Of a DNA stretch of 64,000 bases, positions 50,902-63,484 are shown one piece after another (position 1 is the first letter of the stretch; every line of letters begins with the position of its first letter). Made by a program: the position numbers and the translations under genes. The notes under the pieces were generated by a model. It had not been told where the DNA came from. It worked only from the letters and a program-made list of their open reading frames with translations, and searched no databases. Origin of the DNA: Lama guanicoe (taxonomy: Eukaryota); NCBI GenBank assembly GCA_013239625.1, contig MU054323.1, positions 20,729,082 through 20,793,081 on the forward strand, read 5' to 3'.

Positions 50902-53468
50902 TATATAGCCTCATAACAAGTTGTCAAAACAGAGTTGTACCTTTCACTCAGTTTTCCCCAGCTGTGACATCTTATGTAACTGTGGGACTAGATCAAAAGC
51001 AGAAAACTGACACAGTCACATTACTATTAACTTGACTACATACCATATTCAGTTGTTGTCATATTTTATGTGCAATCATTTGTGTGTGTGTTTGGGGCGG
51101 GGAGAGGCAGTTTTATCCCCATGTATGGACTTGTGCAACCACCACCACAATCAAGATACAGACTGTCTTACCATCGTAAAGGAAGAGAGCATTATTTATG
51201 GACTCAGAAACAATAAAAGCAAAATAATATTCTCTTTATGCTGCATTCCCTAACTCTAAACTCAGTATGAAAATTCACATACTAATTACTGGGACAGGTG
51301 GCTGTGTGGTATTTTTTGCCTAGAGATAGAAATGAAAGAAAAGGAACTCGTCAATGCATCAAAGAGAAGATGTTACAACTTTCCCAAGGCCCCTCCTGGT
51401 CTCCTCCTTTGACTTTTCAGATCTGTGCCCAATGTGGGTGGAAGAGCAGGTAGGGGGAGAGACCCATTGAAGGGAGAGAAGGCTGGCCACAAGGGAGGTG
51501 GGAGGGCTTGCTGGAGAGGGCACTGCAGGGATATCTCCAGGGTCGTCTTCAGCAAACAAAGCCAGAGGAAATGCAGAGTTACATTAATTTGCATTTCCCA
51601 GACTTTAGAGAAGCTGTAAAATTTGCCTTATAAAAAGAGTTTGACCCACAGAAAAGTGTCCGACATTCAGCATCTGGTCTTCAGGCTAGTAATGCACATT
51701 TTTCCCAGCTGCCCAGTGAGGGGGTTTGGGGCAAAAGTCCCCTGCAAACCTGGGTCTGGGCTGGAGCCAGGCTCGGGAATCTGCTGGCTTCCAGTGCACT
51801 GTGGTAACAGTGACTCCTCTTTCTGAAAAATGAAGATGGAAAGACTTTTTTTTTGACTCTTTGGGTTGCAGCTTATTTCAAAGGTCATCAAAGTAAACAA
51901 AAGGGAAAGACTGTGAATCTTTATAAGTCAAAAAGTGACAACTGTTTATAAAGCAACTGTTTATATTTTCACATGGAGGAAGGAAAAAAAATGATTCCTC
52001 TAAGCTCCCAGGAATGGAGATTTGGGTGGTTTCCCCCTCCCCGCCTCCTGAGTTTGTTTGTTCGTTTGCCATTCAACACCTCCAGCAGCGAAGTCCAGAA
52101 ACATCTGCTGCATCCATTTTATGTGGAATTAGAAAGGTCCACTGGATGGCTGGGATTTGTGAAATAAACCAGGCAGTGTCTTAAGAAGCAAAAGCCTCTG
52201 CAGCACTGATTGATAACTGTGCCTTCCACCACCCTGCTGAGGACGTGCAATGCCCGGGGTCCCACAGGCGAGCCGAGCCGCAGTAAGGTCTCCCATTCCC
52301 CAGAAAGGTTTCCCTGAGGGCACTTTGTTCAGAGAAGAGTGATTCTGGGAGGTCTAACTGAAGCCAAGGGTCCGTGAAACCGATCTTGATCAGCCTCCTC
52401 TAATCCCTGAGAGTGATCAAAAAATCCTTTCCACTTATGAGTTTTCTTGGTCGAGCTGACAGTGAACTCTGGACAATCAATATGGATGAGCTTCTAACTA
52501 GATTTTATATGTTATCAGACATATTCCAAAATAATGAGACTAGATGGAATTACAATAATCATCTAAAAGGTATTTTTTTTTTACATGGGATGCTGTGCGT
52601 ATTAATCAAGGTGTGATCCCTAGTCTGTTATAGAGATTTCATATTATTTCTACTTAATCCATTAAGCCTCAGATCATCAGCTCCTTCTGTGAAGCTCTCC
52701 CTGACAATTCTAGGTTGTGACAATCTTTCCATCCTCTCGTCCCATAGTATTTATTATCTGAACCACTCATTTGGCACCTAAGATATGTTGCCTTGATTGC
52801 TATTTATCTTTTTATGTAAACCACGTCTTTTTATCTCCTACAGAGCCTTACTGGAATGCAAAAGTTTGTTGATTTGATTTTAAATTTAAGGCAATTACCA
52901 TGTGGGCTGAGATAAACAGTACTTCCAAGGCAATAGTTAACTCAGTAGTGAAAGTAAACATCAAGACTGCTTGCGAATGGGCCCCCGCTTACAAAGTAAG
53001 ATGACCAATGAATGCAAGCCCTTGAGACGTAAGTACGTTTGTGGTCTGGGTCCTTGGCCTGCTCTTCCTAGCCCACTAACAAGTCATGTTGTCTACATGA
53101 ATTCATCACCCCCCAAACTCATCCTGAGGAAACTCATAATCTACCCTCTAAGCCTAAATCAGCTCAAACACTGGTGCCTCTATGAAACCACTCTCTGGGG
53201 AACTGCTAGGTTTATTTGTTGAATAAATAGCTGAAAGAAACAATGACTCTCAGGGTAACCATCCATAGTCCATTTTGACCTGCCCTCTTCCACTATATTG
53301 CTGGAAGGCTATGAAGATCAGGTTTAGGAAAATTCTAAGAAAACTTGTTACGGATTTTTCCCCATAAGCAAGCCCTCCCAGCCAAACACTGGGACCAATT
53401 CCAACAAGATAACAGGACACTTCTCTCAGTGCCCACTGGATTTACACCACAAACTTTAGTCTTTAGAC

Positions 53469-53680
53469 CAGTGGTTCTAAACCAGGGTGATTTAACCTCC
53501 AGGAGACATTTGGCAATATCTAGAAACACTTTTGGTTATCACAATGAAAGAAGGTGCTACTGGCATCTAGCAGGTAGAGGCCAGAGATGCTGCTAAACAG
53601 TCTACAATGCACAGGACAGCCCCCTCAAACAAAGAATTATCTGACCCAGAACGTCACAGTGCTGAGGTGGAGAACCACTG
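53469..53680. mobile_element. MER20 hAT-Charlie element, followed by a MIR (~53690-53830)
   Basis: Perfect 10-bp inverted ends cagtggttct / agaaccactg; internal gacatttggcaatatctagaaacacttttgg...tgctactggcatctag...gatgctgctaaaca. Confidence 0.9.
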
Positions 53681-54944
53681 GCCTACCCAGCTGGGGACCT
53701 TGGGAAAATTATTTAACCTCTCTGAGCCTTAATTTCTTCATCTATAAAATGGAGCTAATAATATAATTCATCTCATGAGGGTATTGTGAAGTCTAAAAGA
53801 TAACTGATGGGGAAAGAACTTTGCAATTACTCTTTAAGAAATTAGTAATCCTCATTAATAGAAGGCGTGCCCCATGTGTGATTTCAGCTCTGCCTTGCAT
53901 TTGGACGCATCCCTTGGTATTGGTGTAGAAAGACCCCCCTCACCTTCATCTCTTTGGCATAGCGATACTCTCCTGGTTTTGTGCTATTTAGGTAGCTTTT
54001 GTTACTCCTCTGTGGTACCTGCTCATGTTCTTTTCCTGGCAGTTGTTTTTCCTTGGCCACTGGACTTCTGCCTGTTGTGGGATTGTTTCTTAGCCATGCT
54101 TCTCTTATTGGTCTCTGATAATTTTTCAAACTGTGCTCTCTAACTAATCATCTTACTATACGGCTCATAACAATGACCAAGTGTATAGCAAGGAGAAATT
54201 CATGATTATCCCTCAGGGGCTTTGAAAAGTGGAAGTATAGTACTTATTATCACGTTTGCCTTTTTTGTCATAAGGTAAACTTTCTGCATTGGTGATTTAC
54301 ATCTAAGGGTGAGTTGTGCCATTCAGTGTGTCAAAAGACTAATCTGATGACCCTTGAAGATATTAGCTCTATTAGTTATGACACTTGAGTTTTACCCTGA
54401 TGGTTATTTCTTAACTTGGCACAGATTAAGCAAGCTAATGAGTTCTACACAATTCTACTAAAGACAAAATAAAATCAATTTCACTTAAAAGTAAAATACC
54501 AACCAATGAGATTTACTATCTAGCAAACTCTATACAAATGCATAGGGATTCAGTTAATGAAAGATCTAAGGTGGGAAGGAGAGGCTCACTTTCTGTAGAA
54601 TATGGAGTTTTAATTAGGAAAAAGTTACAGATAAAAAGACCATGGTGGATTTGGAATTGCATACATATAATTGATAGTTACTCTCTATGACCACCTGGGT
54701 CTTATTTCTCAGATCTCTTTCTTTTCAGTGAAAAACTAGGAGAGTCTATAGGACTGGGGTATGAAGGTGGGTAGAGAGGGGAGGTATCCACAACACAATG
54801 AAGGAATACAAATGAGCAAACGTAAGTTTATGCACAGTACTTCTTAATGTTGGAGGCAAATGAGGCCGAGAGACAAACCATTAAGTTTGTCAATAAAGTT
54901 ACTGTCTAGCTAAAACAAGAAATTAAGGTTCCCCACATTTCTAT

Positions 54945-55514
54945 GAAAAAAGTATTGCAGTTCCTCAAAAAATTAAAAATAGAATTACCATAAGATTCAG
55001 CAATTCTACTTTTGGATATATATTTAAAAGAATTGAAATACCAAAAAGGTATTTGTATACCTATTTCACAGCAGCATGATTCACAACAGCCAAAAGGTGG
55101 AAACAACCCAAGTGTCCACCGACAGATGAATGGACAAACAAATGTGGCGTGTACATACAATGGAATATTATTCAGCCATAAAAGGAAGGACATTCTGACA
55201 TATGGGTGAAACTTGAGGACATTATACAAAGAGAAATAAGCCAGTTACAAAAAGACAAATATAGTATGATTTCACTTAAATGAGGTAACAAGAGTACTCA
55301 AACTCATAAAACCAGAAAGTAGAATGGTGGTTGCCAGGGGTTGGGGGGAAGGGAGAAATAGAGCATCATTTAATGGATATAAATTTTCAATTTTGCAAGT
55401 TCTGGAGCTTGATCAACAACATGTGAATATACTTAACACTACTGAACTGAACACTTAAAAATGGTCAAGATAGTAAATTTTACATGCACTTTATCACAAT
55501 GAAATTTTTTTTTA
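54945..55514 (+). mobile_element. L1MA/MB-type ORF2 end plus 3' UTR with degenerate TSD
   Basis: gttcctcaaaaaattaaaaatagaattacc...gtagaatggtggttgccagggg...actgaactgaacacttaaaaatgg; TSD-like aaggttccccacatt (54925-54939) / aagattccctacatt (55515-55529). Confidence 0.88.
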
Positions 55515-58500
55515 AAGATTCCCTACATTCAAGTCACCAACATTCAATATTATAATATTGTATTCAGTATCATTTCTGGGACATGTTTTAAATTCTCTGA
55601 TTACAGAGTTCCTCATCTATTAAGTCTTGTGGGTGAACTATACATTTACTTTAATGTACCAACTAGTATTGTGAGCCTGCATTAATTAGATGCTCTTAGA
55701 ACATGATTTTGATTTCTTTTAATCCTTAAAAAAATTAGCATCAGGTGCTAATTAAAAATAGCCAAGTCTATCATTAGAGGCAAGCTATAAGATGGTACTA
55801 ACTGTAGGGAAAGGGACAATTCTCAAGTGACACTGAGAAACTGGAACATACGAGCAGACAGTAGAGATCTGTTTTACTGCTCTCCTAGTGTCCACTGCTT
55901 TTCCAGTCTCTACTACAACAGAGGAGGGAAAAAAAACCATCACAGGCTAAATTCTTAGACAAAGGTTAATTTTTTTTTAAACTTTCTCCATCGTAGATTA
56001 TTTTTAAAAGTATTATGCTTCCAGAGAAGAGGTGGTTGAGACTATTATTACGATCAATATGTCAACTAAGAGTCATCTTTGGGAGGTACAAAAGTTAGCT
56101 TTATATCATACACTTGTGCTGAACCATCAACTCTCCATACAACATCTACTTTCTCTTTGCTCACAGCTAAAAACCCTCAACGTTTTCATACCTTTTCATT
56201 ATCACCATTCCACACCACTTTTTAAAATTAGTTGATAACTTTTTTCATTTACCCATGTGAAATCTGTTCAAAATTTCACAAACTCATCAACTCAACTTCA
56301 AGATAGTCCTTTTCTGCTCTTCTCCATCCTCCAAACACTTATCCAACCTAACGCTGTAGGTCAGAAAACCTATATTGGCTCTAATTCTCTTACTTCCTTT
56401 TCAAGCTCACTATCTATAGCAAACACACCTCTTTCAATACCTCTAGGTCTCCGGCTGTAAAACTGAAATAATATAACCAGCCTCCCATCTATCGCCCTGG
56501 ATGAGGACCAAGGGTTTATGTGCACTGCTGACCTCCTTGATTCTTATAAGATGTGTCACGCACAATTATTATTATCTCTGCCCTGCTTTCCCACAACTCT
56601 TGCTTCATGCCTCTTGATCTTGACCACAAAACATTGTGTTACTAAACAGCTCACTCAGTCTCTTGCTTCTTCCACTCCTGCCTTTGGGCAGTCTTTCCAG
56701 CTACCCTTTAAACTTGGAAGAGTCTCCCCTTGCATCTGCCAAGCTGCTATTTCAAATGCTTCCTCCTTACTCATGTCTGCCTGACTGCTCTCCACATGAA
56801 TGACCAAGAGCAACCTTCCTAGACTGGAACAAGTTTGGGTAGAAAATAAGTGATAAAATGCAATCCAGAACACTTTTTGCCCATTAAATCTTTGAGCTGA
56901 GAAATTTTAAGATTTTCTTATTGCTCTTCATGGTCCTTTAACCTCAACAGCAAATTACCTAGTGATATACAATATCCATCACCTGGGGGGATAAATCTCT
57001 GTTATCTCAGACCTGACATTAGCATCACTTGTCTCTTTCATTAACTCAATTTTGTATATTGAATCCCTCTCTTCCACTGTTAACCCAATGTTTTCCAAAC
57101 TTGCCTGAGTTTAAGGATCACCTACATCACACATGAAAAAGGCAGATTCTGGGGTTCTACTTCAGATCTACACAATCAAAATCTTCAGGACAAAAATTTG
57201 GGGTCCTGTATTTTAAACAGTGCCCCAGGTAACTTTTGTGCCAAGGAAACATCTGACAGCCTATTAAATCTTCCTGTTTTTGTCAGTGTCCTAACAACCA
57301 GAGATCTGAAGACATACAGCTAGATGCCCTGAGTTATTTAGGGTTTAGTCATGAAGATTCTACCTACTTCATCCAGGCTGATAATCTGACTTAAAATTAA
57401 TGTTACGTGATTTGGCACTCTAATTTTTCTGTTGCAGTCAAACTGCAAGATTCTGATGGTGAATTTATACTGCTTTATATCCACCCAGTGCTTAATTAGC
57501 ACAATACTGAACATTTAATTGGAACTCAATTTAAACCTCACTGAATGATGGGTAAATGTACGACCCAACTTAAAAACAACCCTGAAACTCCATGTCTTAA
57601 GGCCTATTTGAGTAGCACGGAATCCTTCTCTCATTATCAGGTTAATGAGAATGAAAATTTACGGTTTGAGTTGGCCTGAAAGAAGAAGGCAATTATTCAG
57701 TGATTTGGCCAGATTTCTAGAAACAATTGTTAGGCCTTGTCTAACTGCCTAGATTTCTCATAATAGAGTCAACTTCCTTTCATCCGTCAAGGATTACCGC
57801 TTTGACCCTGTGTTCTTTCCACCGTCATGCTGGGGAGAGCTCAGAGTTAATGATTTGCATCTGATAGTGCATGATAAAAATTCAAGTAGCAGGCCTGCTT
57901 TCAGGCAAGGACACACAAGAACACTTTTCAGAAACGGACAAAAGTTTCATGCTGAACACTGCAAACGTTCAAAGATGCTTATTTTAAAACATACTTGCAA
58001 AACATGAAGACTATTCTAGATTAAAATAAAAATGAATTATATCAAGTAGAAAAGAAAGTAGGACCCTTTCTAGAAAGTGAAAGAACACCACTTACATAAC
58101 ATCCAGAAAAATAAAGCTGAGCAAAAAATAGGAAGCCAATTTATTCAAGAAGTTAATACTGAAAACAAAAGTTTCCATGTGGGTATACCATAGCTATGCT
58201 CAATATTACATTTTTCAAAAGGGTAAACCCACTGTCTGTTAAACAAAAAGCTTCAAATGTAAACAATGAATGGTCCACATGATGAGATTCATCCCTGAAA
58301 CTGAACAGATTTCTAAAATCAATGCCTAGACCAGGCTATTTATAAACTCCAATTCCCATCAACCTTAGCACGATGTCAACTAACAATAACAAGTTAATGT
58401 TTCCCAGCAATCATCTTCACTGTGCCATTTAATTGCCAGTACTCAGGCCAAGGTAAACTCAACAGGAACAAAAGAGCTAACATCACAATCAGAGAACAAG

Positions 58501-61239
58501 ATTAATGAATATTGCATTTCTGCTTTGAAGTGAATTCTGAAAATCATGCCCATAGCATACTCTTCTTCAGCCACTGGATTTTATTGTGATTTGAAGGTAG
58601 AGTTTTAAAATATTCTCCCTGTTTTTAATTAACCACAAGCTTCAGTCTTTGGAGAACTTTTTCAGATAAGGAACATCCTCTCCATAGCATTATAAAGTAT
58701 GTAACTCCCCAAATTATCAAACACAATTCCTAAACCCTGACCACCAATCTTAATTAAAGTTTTTTAAAAATTTAAATACAACTTAAAAGCATGGAATCTG
58801 AAGTTTACAGCTTGATGAATTTTTATATATAAGTACATAGCTTTTATTTATTATAATTCAACAAATGATTCTATTATGTAAGATTATTTATAAGTCATCG
58901 CATTTGTTCTAAACAGTACATTATAACATTCTTTTGCACTGGTGGTTAAATGGTAGAATTCTCACCTCCCACACTGACTTGGATGTTAACAGTAGATACC
59001 GATCATTCATAATATAACAAATAGCAGCCTTCACTTTTTGTGGGAGGAAGGATGAACCTTCAGAAGTAATTTGCCTCGTTATATTAAAAAATATTCGGTA
59101 AGAAAATGCTCTTATAAAAATAAAGACATAAGAAGAAAAAGAAAAATGTGCATCTTTTGCTGCAAGGGAAAAGATCACTGACTAATTTTCAAACTCTGAT
59201 TCTTTTGTTAACTCACCCCTGAACACATCAACTCCTCAGTAAACAAAATGAATTAAATCTTTACAGTTTCTCCAACTAAAACTGTTTTACTGTCTATGGA
59301 CCAAATCACTTCAGTCTGTTTCCCAAACCTCTATAAATAATTTGGCCACTTAATTGCTAAGAAGGTCCACTATCATTTCCCTTTTCTGGTTTGTTAAGAA
59401 ATCACTTCTCATTTTAGCAGCTATGTTTATGCACTAACTTTTCCCATTGTTTAAATATCTACCACCCAAGCCAGTGATGGATTATAAAACCCAGGCCCAG
59501 GATATACAATTCATCCCAGATTTCTGATGGTTGAGATAACTCGTTGGTAGGTGTTGGGTTTTTTGTCACCACTCATCCAAACACATTCTTCCATCTTTTA
59601 ACTGCCTGTTGTCACTCCCTCATAATATAAAGTTCTTTCTTGGTAGGCTATGATGAAGCCACGCTCTGCTAAACAAATGTGTACATATCAGGAACAAATA
59701 TCTAAGAAACATCAACACTTCCTAGGTACAAAATCACTGGGAAAAGACCAATCTGAATGTCCAAGAAATCTTTTTAAACAGAAGTTTTAAAGAGATTTTG
59801 GTCTGTTTTTAAAAATGGTCAGTAACATAAACTATACTAAAATAAACGACTGTCAAGTAGCATTTCTGTTAAGCTGATCCTGAATAAATTCAAAAGATTC
59901 ATTTGCAATGAATATTCATGGAGGAAGGTAAATTTGTGTGCAGTCTTAATGTCAGAATTACAAATTACAAAAACAAAACTCTAAAACAGTAAAATTCAAA
60001 GTAATGAGATTTCTTTAATCTAGAAAAATCTCACTCTTTTTAATGAACAAAGTGAGAGCTGATGTGGCCATTAAACCTGATGTTCTGAGGTCAGGAGTTT
60101 CTGGCCACTCTGAGAATTTTGTATTGCACGGTGTGAGGATTCTCAAATCTCCACAGAATCACTACAGCTGACAGAGGGGGGTTTTCTACAACACAAGTTT
60201 TCTCATTCTGCTCTGCAGCATCCCTGTTTCATGTCACCAAAAGTAAATGAATGGGCCATCAAAACTGAATCTCAAAGTGGCAGGAAGTTCAACCTCCAAT
60301 GTGGTACAAGTGAAAACATTTGTCTAACAAGTATTTAAAATCTCCACCAGATTATTCCAGAAATACTTATTTCTCATGCTGTTAATAGGAAAACATAGAG
60401 GAACAGAAGAAAACAGTATCACACCCTTTGGATTATTAAAAAACAGCATTAATCTATTTCATTCTTCCAATAAACCTTTATTGAGAGTTTCCGGTCAAAT
60501 GCTATGGGAGTGTATAAAATAATCATGACATATTCACATGGTTACTTAAAGTACAATATACACTGCATAGATTATATTATAAATGGTGATTCAATGATTA
60601 CAACAAAAAGTCCAATATTTTCAGTTTCTCTATGAAAACTTTGAACTTTACAGGACTGGTAGCACCTTTATAATATATTAACTTACACATATACTAGCCT
60701 CTTTTCTGGTTTTTCTATTTTGTCCTCTGATCTTTCTAATGATGAGTTATAAGTACCATAATTTTTATTCATGTATAATGACTATAAATATTAATATATC
60801 TTTATATTGTATTTTAGGATTTGATATGGTAAGTACATACAATACAGCTATTGACCTTCCTTTCTAAAAAAAATTTTCTAGACACAAAAGCCCTTAATAA
60901 AATGTTAGCAAATCAAATCCAGTAATTAATAAAGAGGATAATACATAAGAAGAAATGGGGTTTATCTTGGCAATGCAAGGTTGGTTCAATATCAATGAAA
61001 TTCATCATATGAATATATTAAAAAAGAAAAACATCAGATTATGTCAATAGACGCAGAAAAAGCAACTGATGAAATTCAACACCTGTTCATGATAAAAATT
61101 CTCCATAAACTAGAAACAGAAGGGAAATTCCTCAACTTGATAAAGTGATTCTGGAAAAAAAAACCCTGTAGCTAATATCATATGTATTAATGAGAGGCTG
61201 AACACTTTCCTCCTATGGTTGGGAAATGTAAGAATGTTC

Positions 61240-61745
61240 TTTCTCTTTTTGTCCGACATCCTAGTGAGGCAGCAGTGGTAGCAGCTGCTCTTACAGCTTT
61301 GCTATGCCGCCCAAGGATGACAAAAAGAAGAAAGATGCCAGAAAGTCAGCCAAGAAAGACAAAGACCCAGTGAACAAATCTAGGGGCAAGGCCAAAAAGA
61401 AGAAGTGGTCCAAAGGCAAAGTTCAGGACAAGCTCAATAACCTAGTCTTGTTTGACAAAGCAACATATGACAAATTTTGTAACGAAGTCCCAAACCATAA
61501 GCTTATAACCCCAGCTGTCATCACTCACAGACTGAAGAGCCGTGGTTCCCTGGCCAGGGCAGCCCTTCAGGAGCTCCTTAGTAAAGGACTTACTAAGCTA
61601 GTTTCAAAGCACAGAGCTCAAGTAATTTACACCAGTAACACCAAGGGTGGAAATGACCCAGCTGCTGGTGAAGATGCGTGAACAGTTTCCACCAACTATA
61701 TATTTTGAAAAATAAAATTTTATTAAATCAAAAAAAGAAAAAAAA
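61240..61745 (+). pseudogene. RPS25: Processed retrocopy of ribosomal protein S25 (eS25); ORF 61304-61681 intact, 125 aa
   Basis: Intronless full-length [13 protein letters not shown]...PAAGEDA. 5' TOP-like leader (tttctctttttgtccgacatc), AATAAA at 61711-61716, A-tail ~61730-61745. About 14 substitutions versus recalled RPS25. Interrupts collinear L1 ORF2 sequence. Confidence 0.92.
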
Positions 61746-62043
61746 GTCCATTCTCAGTACTCCTATTTCATTTTACACTAGAGGTTTTAGCCAGTGCAGT
61801 AAGGCAAGGCAAGGCAATAAAAAGCATACCAATTGGAAAGAGAGAAGATTGGTCTTATTCATAGATGACGTGATTATCTACCTATGTAGTAAAATTCTAA
61901 AAAATCTATTTTTAAAAGATGTAAGAACTAGTAAGTTTATTAGCAAACTCTCAGAATATGAGAGTCATAAAAATTAACTATAGTCCCTAAAGACTAGCAA
62001 TGAACACTTGGACTTTTTTACCTTAAAGAACATTATCATTTCT

Positions 62044-62806
62044 TGACAAATGCTGGAGAGGCTGTGGAGAAAGGGGAACCCTCCTACACTGCTGGTGGGA
62101 ATGCAGTTTGGTGCAGCCACTATGGAAAACAGTGTGGAGATTCCTCAAAAGACTAGGAATAGACTTACCATATGACCCAGGAATCCCACTCCTGGGCTTG
62201 TATCCAGAAGGAATCCTACTTCAGGATGACACCTGCACCCCAATGTTCATAGCAGCACTATTTACAATAGCCAAAACATGGAAACAGCCTAAATGTCCAT
62301 CAACAGGTGACTGGATAAAGAAGAGGTGGTATATTTATACAATGGAATACTACTCAGCCATAAAAACTGACAACATAATGCCATTTGCAGCAACATGGAT
62401 GCTCCTGGAGAATGTCATTCTAAGTGAAGTAAGCCAGAAAGAGAAAGAAAAATACCATATGAGATCGCTCATATGTGGAATCTAAAAAACAAAAACAAAC
62501 AAACAAACAAAAACAAAGCATAAATACAGGACAGAAATAGACTCACAGACAGAAAATACAGACTGGTGGTTACCAGGGGGGTGGAGGGTGGGAAGGGATA
62601 GACTGAGATTTCAAAATTGTAGAATAGATATACAAGATTATACTGTACAGCACAGGGAAATATACACAAAATGTTATGATTAGTCACAGAGAAAAAAATG
62701 TGACAATGAGTGTGTATATGTCCATGAATGACTAAAAAATTGTGCTGAACACTGGAATTTGACACAACATTGTAAAATAATTATAAATCAATAAAAAATG
62801 TTAAAA
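62044..62806 (+). mobile_element. Young lineage-specific L1 (ORF2 C-terminus plus 3' UTR), 5'-truncated, perfect 19-bp TSD
   Basis: TSD aaagaacattatcatttct at 62025-62043 and 62807-62825, in TT/AAAG context. ORF 62108-62485 ([13 protein letters not shown]...CTPMFIAALFTIAKTWKQPKCPS...YTMEYYSAIK) is still open. Confidence 0.95.
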
Positions 62807-62896
62807 AAAGAACATTATCATTTCTAATGGTACTAAAACATGAAATATCTTGGGAAAAATCTAACAAAATCTGTATAAGATTCATCATGTGTATGC

Positions 62897-63113
62897 CTGT
62901 ATTCAGCAATTTTTTTTTCCCGTAAAGGGCCAGAGAGTAAATATAATAGACTTTCTGGGTCATGTGGTAACTACTCAACTCTGGCATTATACTGTAAAAG
63001 CAGCCATAGAAAATATGTAAACAAATGAGCATGACTGTGTCCCAATGAGTCTTTATTTACAAAATATGGGGCAGGATAGATTTGGCCCATAGATTATAGT
63101 TTGCCAACCCCTA
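62897..63113. mobile_element. MER58A hAT-Charlie element
   Basis: gtaaagggccagagagtaaatat...actactcaactctg...gcagccatagaaaatatgtaaacaaatgagc...tagtttgccaacccct. Confidence 0.88.
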
Positions 63114-63484
63114 GTCTAGACGAATAAACTTAGTACATCTCCTTGTTTACTACTGATTAAAATTCCCAGACTCAGTGAAGGTACTTGTGAATTTGTAGGC
63201 TTTTGTAGGGGTAGAGATACAAATAATTTCTGTCCAGCAGAACAAATAAATTCAAAGGTCTACAACCTGTTGGACATTAATGAGTTAAGTAATATCTGTT
63301 ACACATATTCATTTTATACTTGCCTGATAGTGATGATTTTATCTTTATGAAAATTATACTTTAACTTTGGGGTCAATTATACTTTAAATTTGGGGTCAAT
63401 TTGCCCCCAAATTGCTCTAAAGATTTAATGCAATCATAATAAAAAATATTGTCTATTATCTTACTATTTATTCTTTCACACGAA

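Larger units (their letters stand above)
60885..62890 (+). mobile_element. Old L1M ORF2 fragment hosting the RPS25 retrocopy and a young L1
   Basis: Collinear L1 ORF2 text (gaaatgggtttatcttggcaatgcaaggttggttcaat...; decayed FADDM at ~61857-61875) resumes after each insertion. Confidence 0.85.

Noticed and set aside
62108..62485. 125-aa ORF as a host gene
   Set aside because: It is the L1 ORF2p C-terminus in a 5'-truncated insertion with no promoter.
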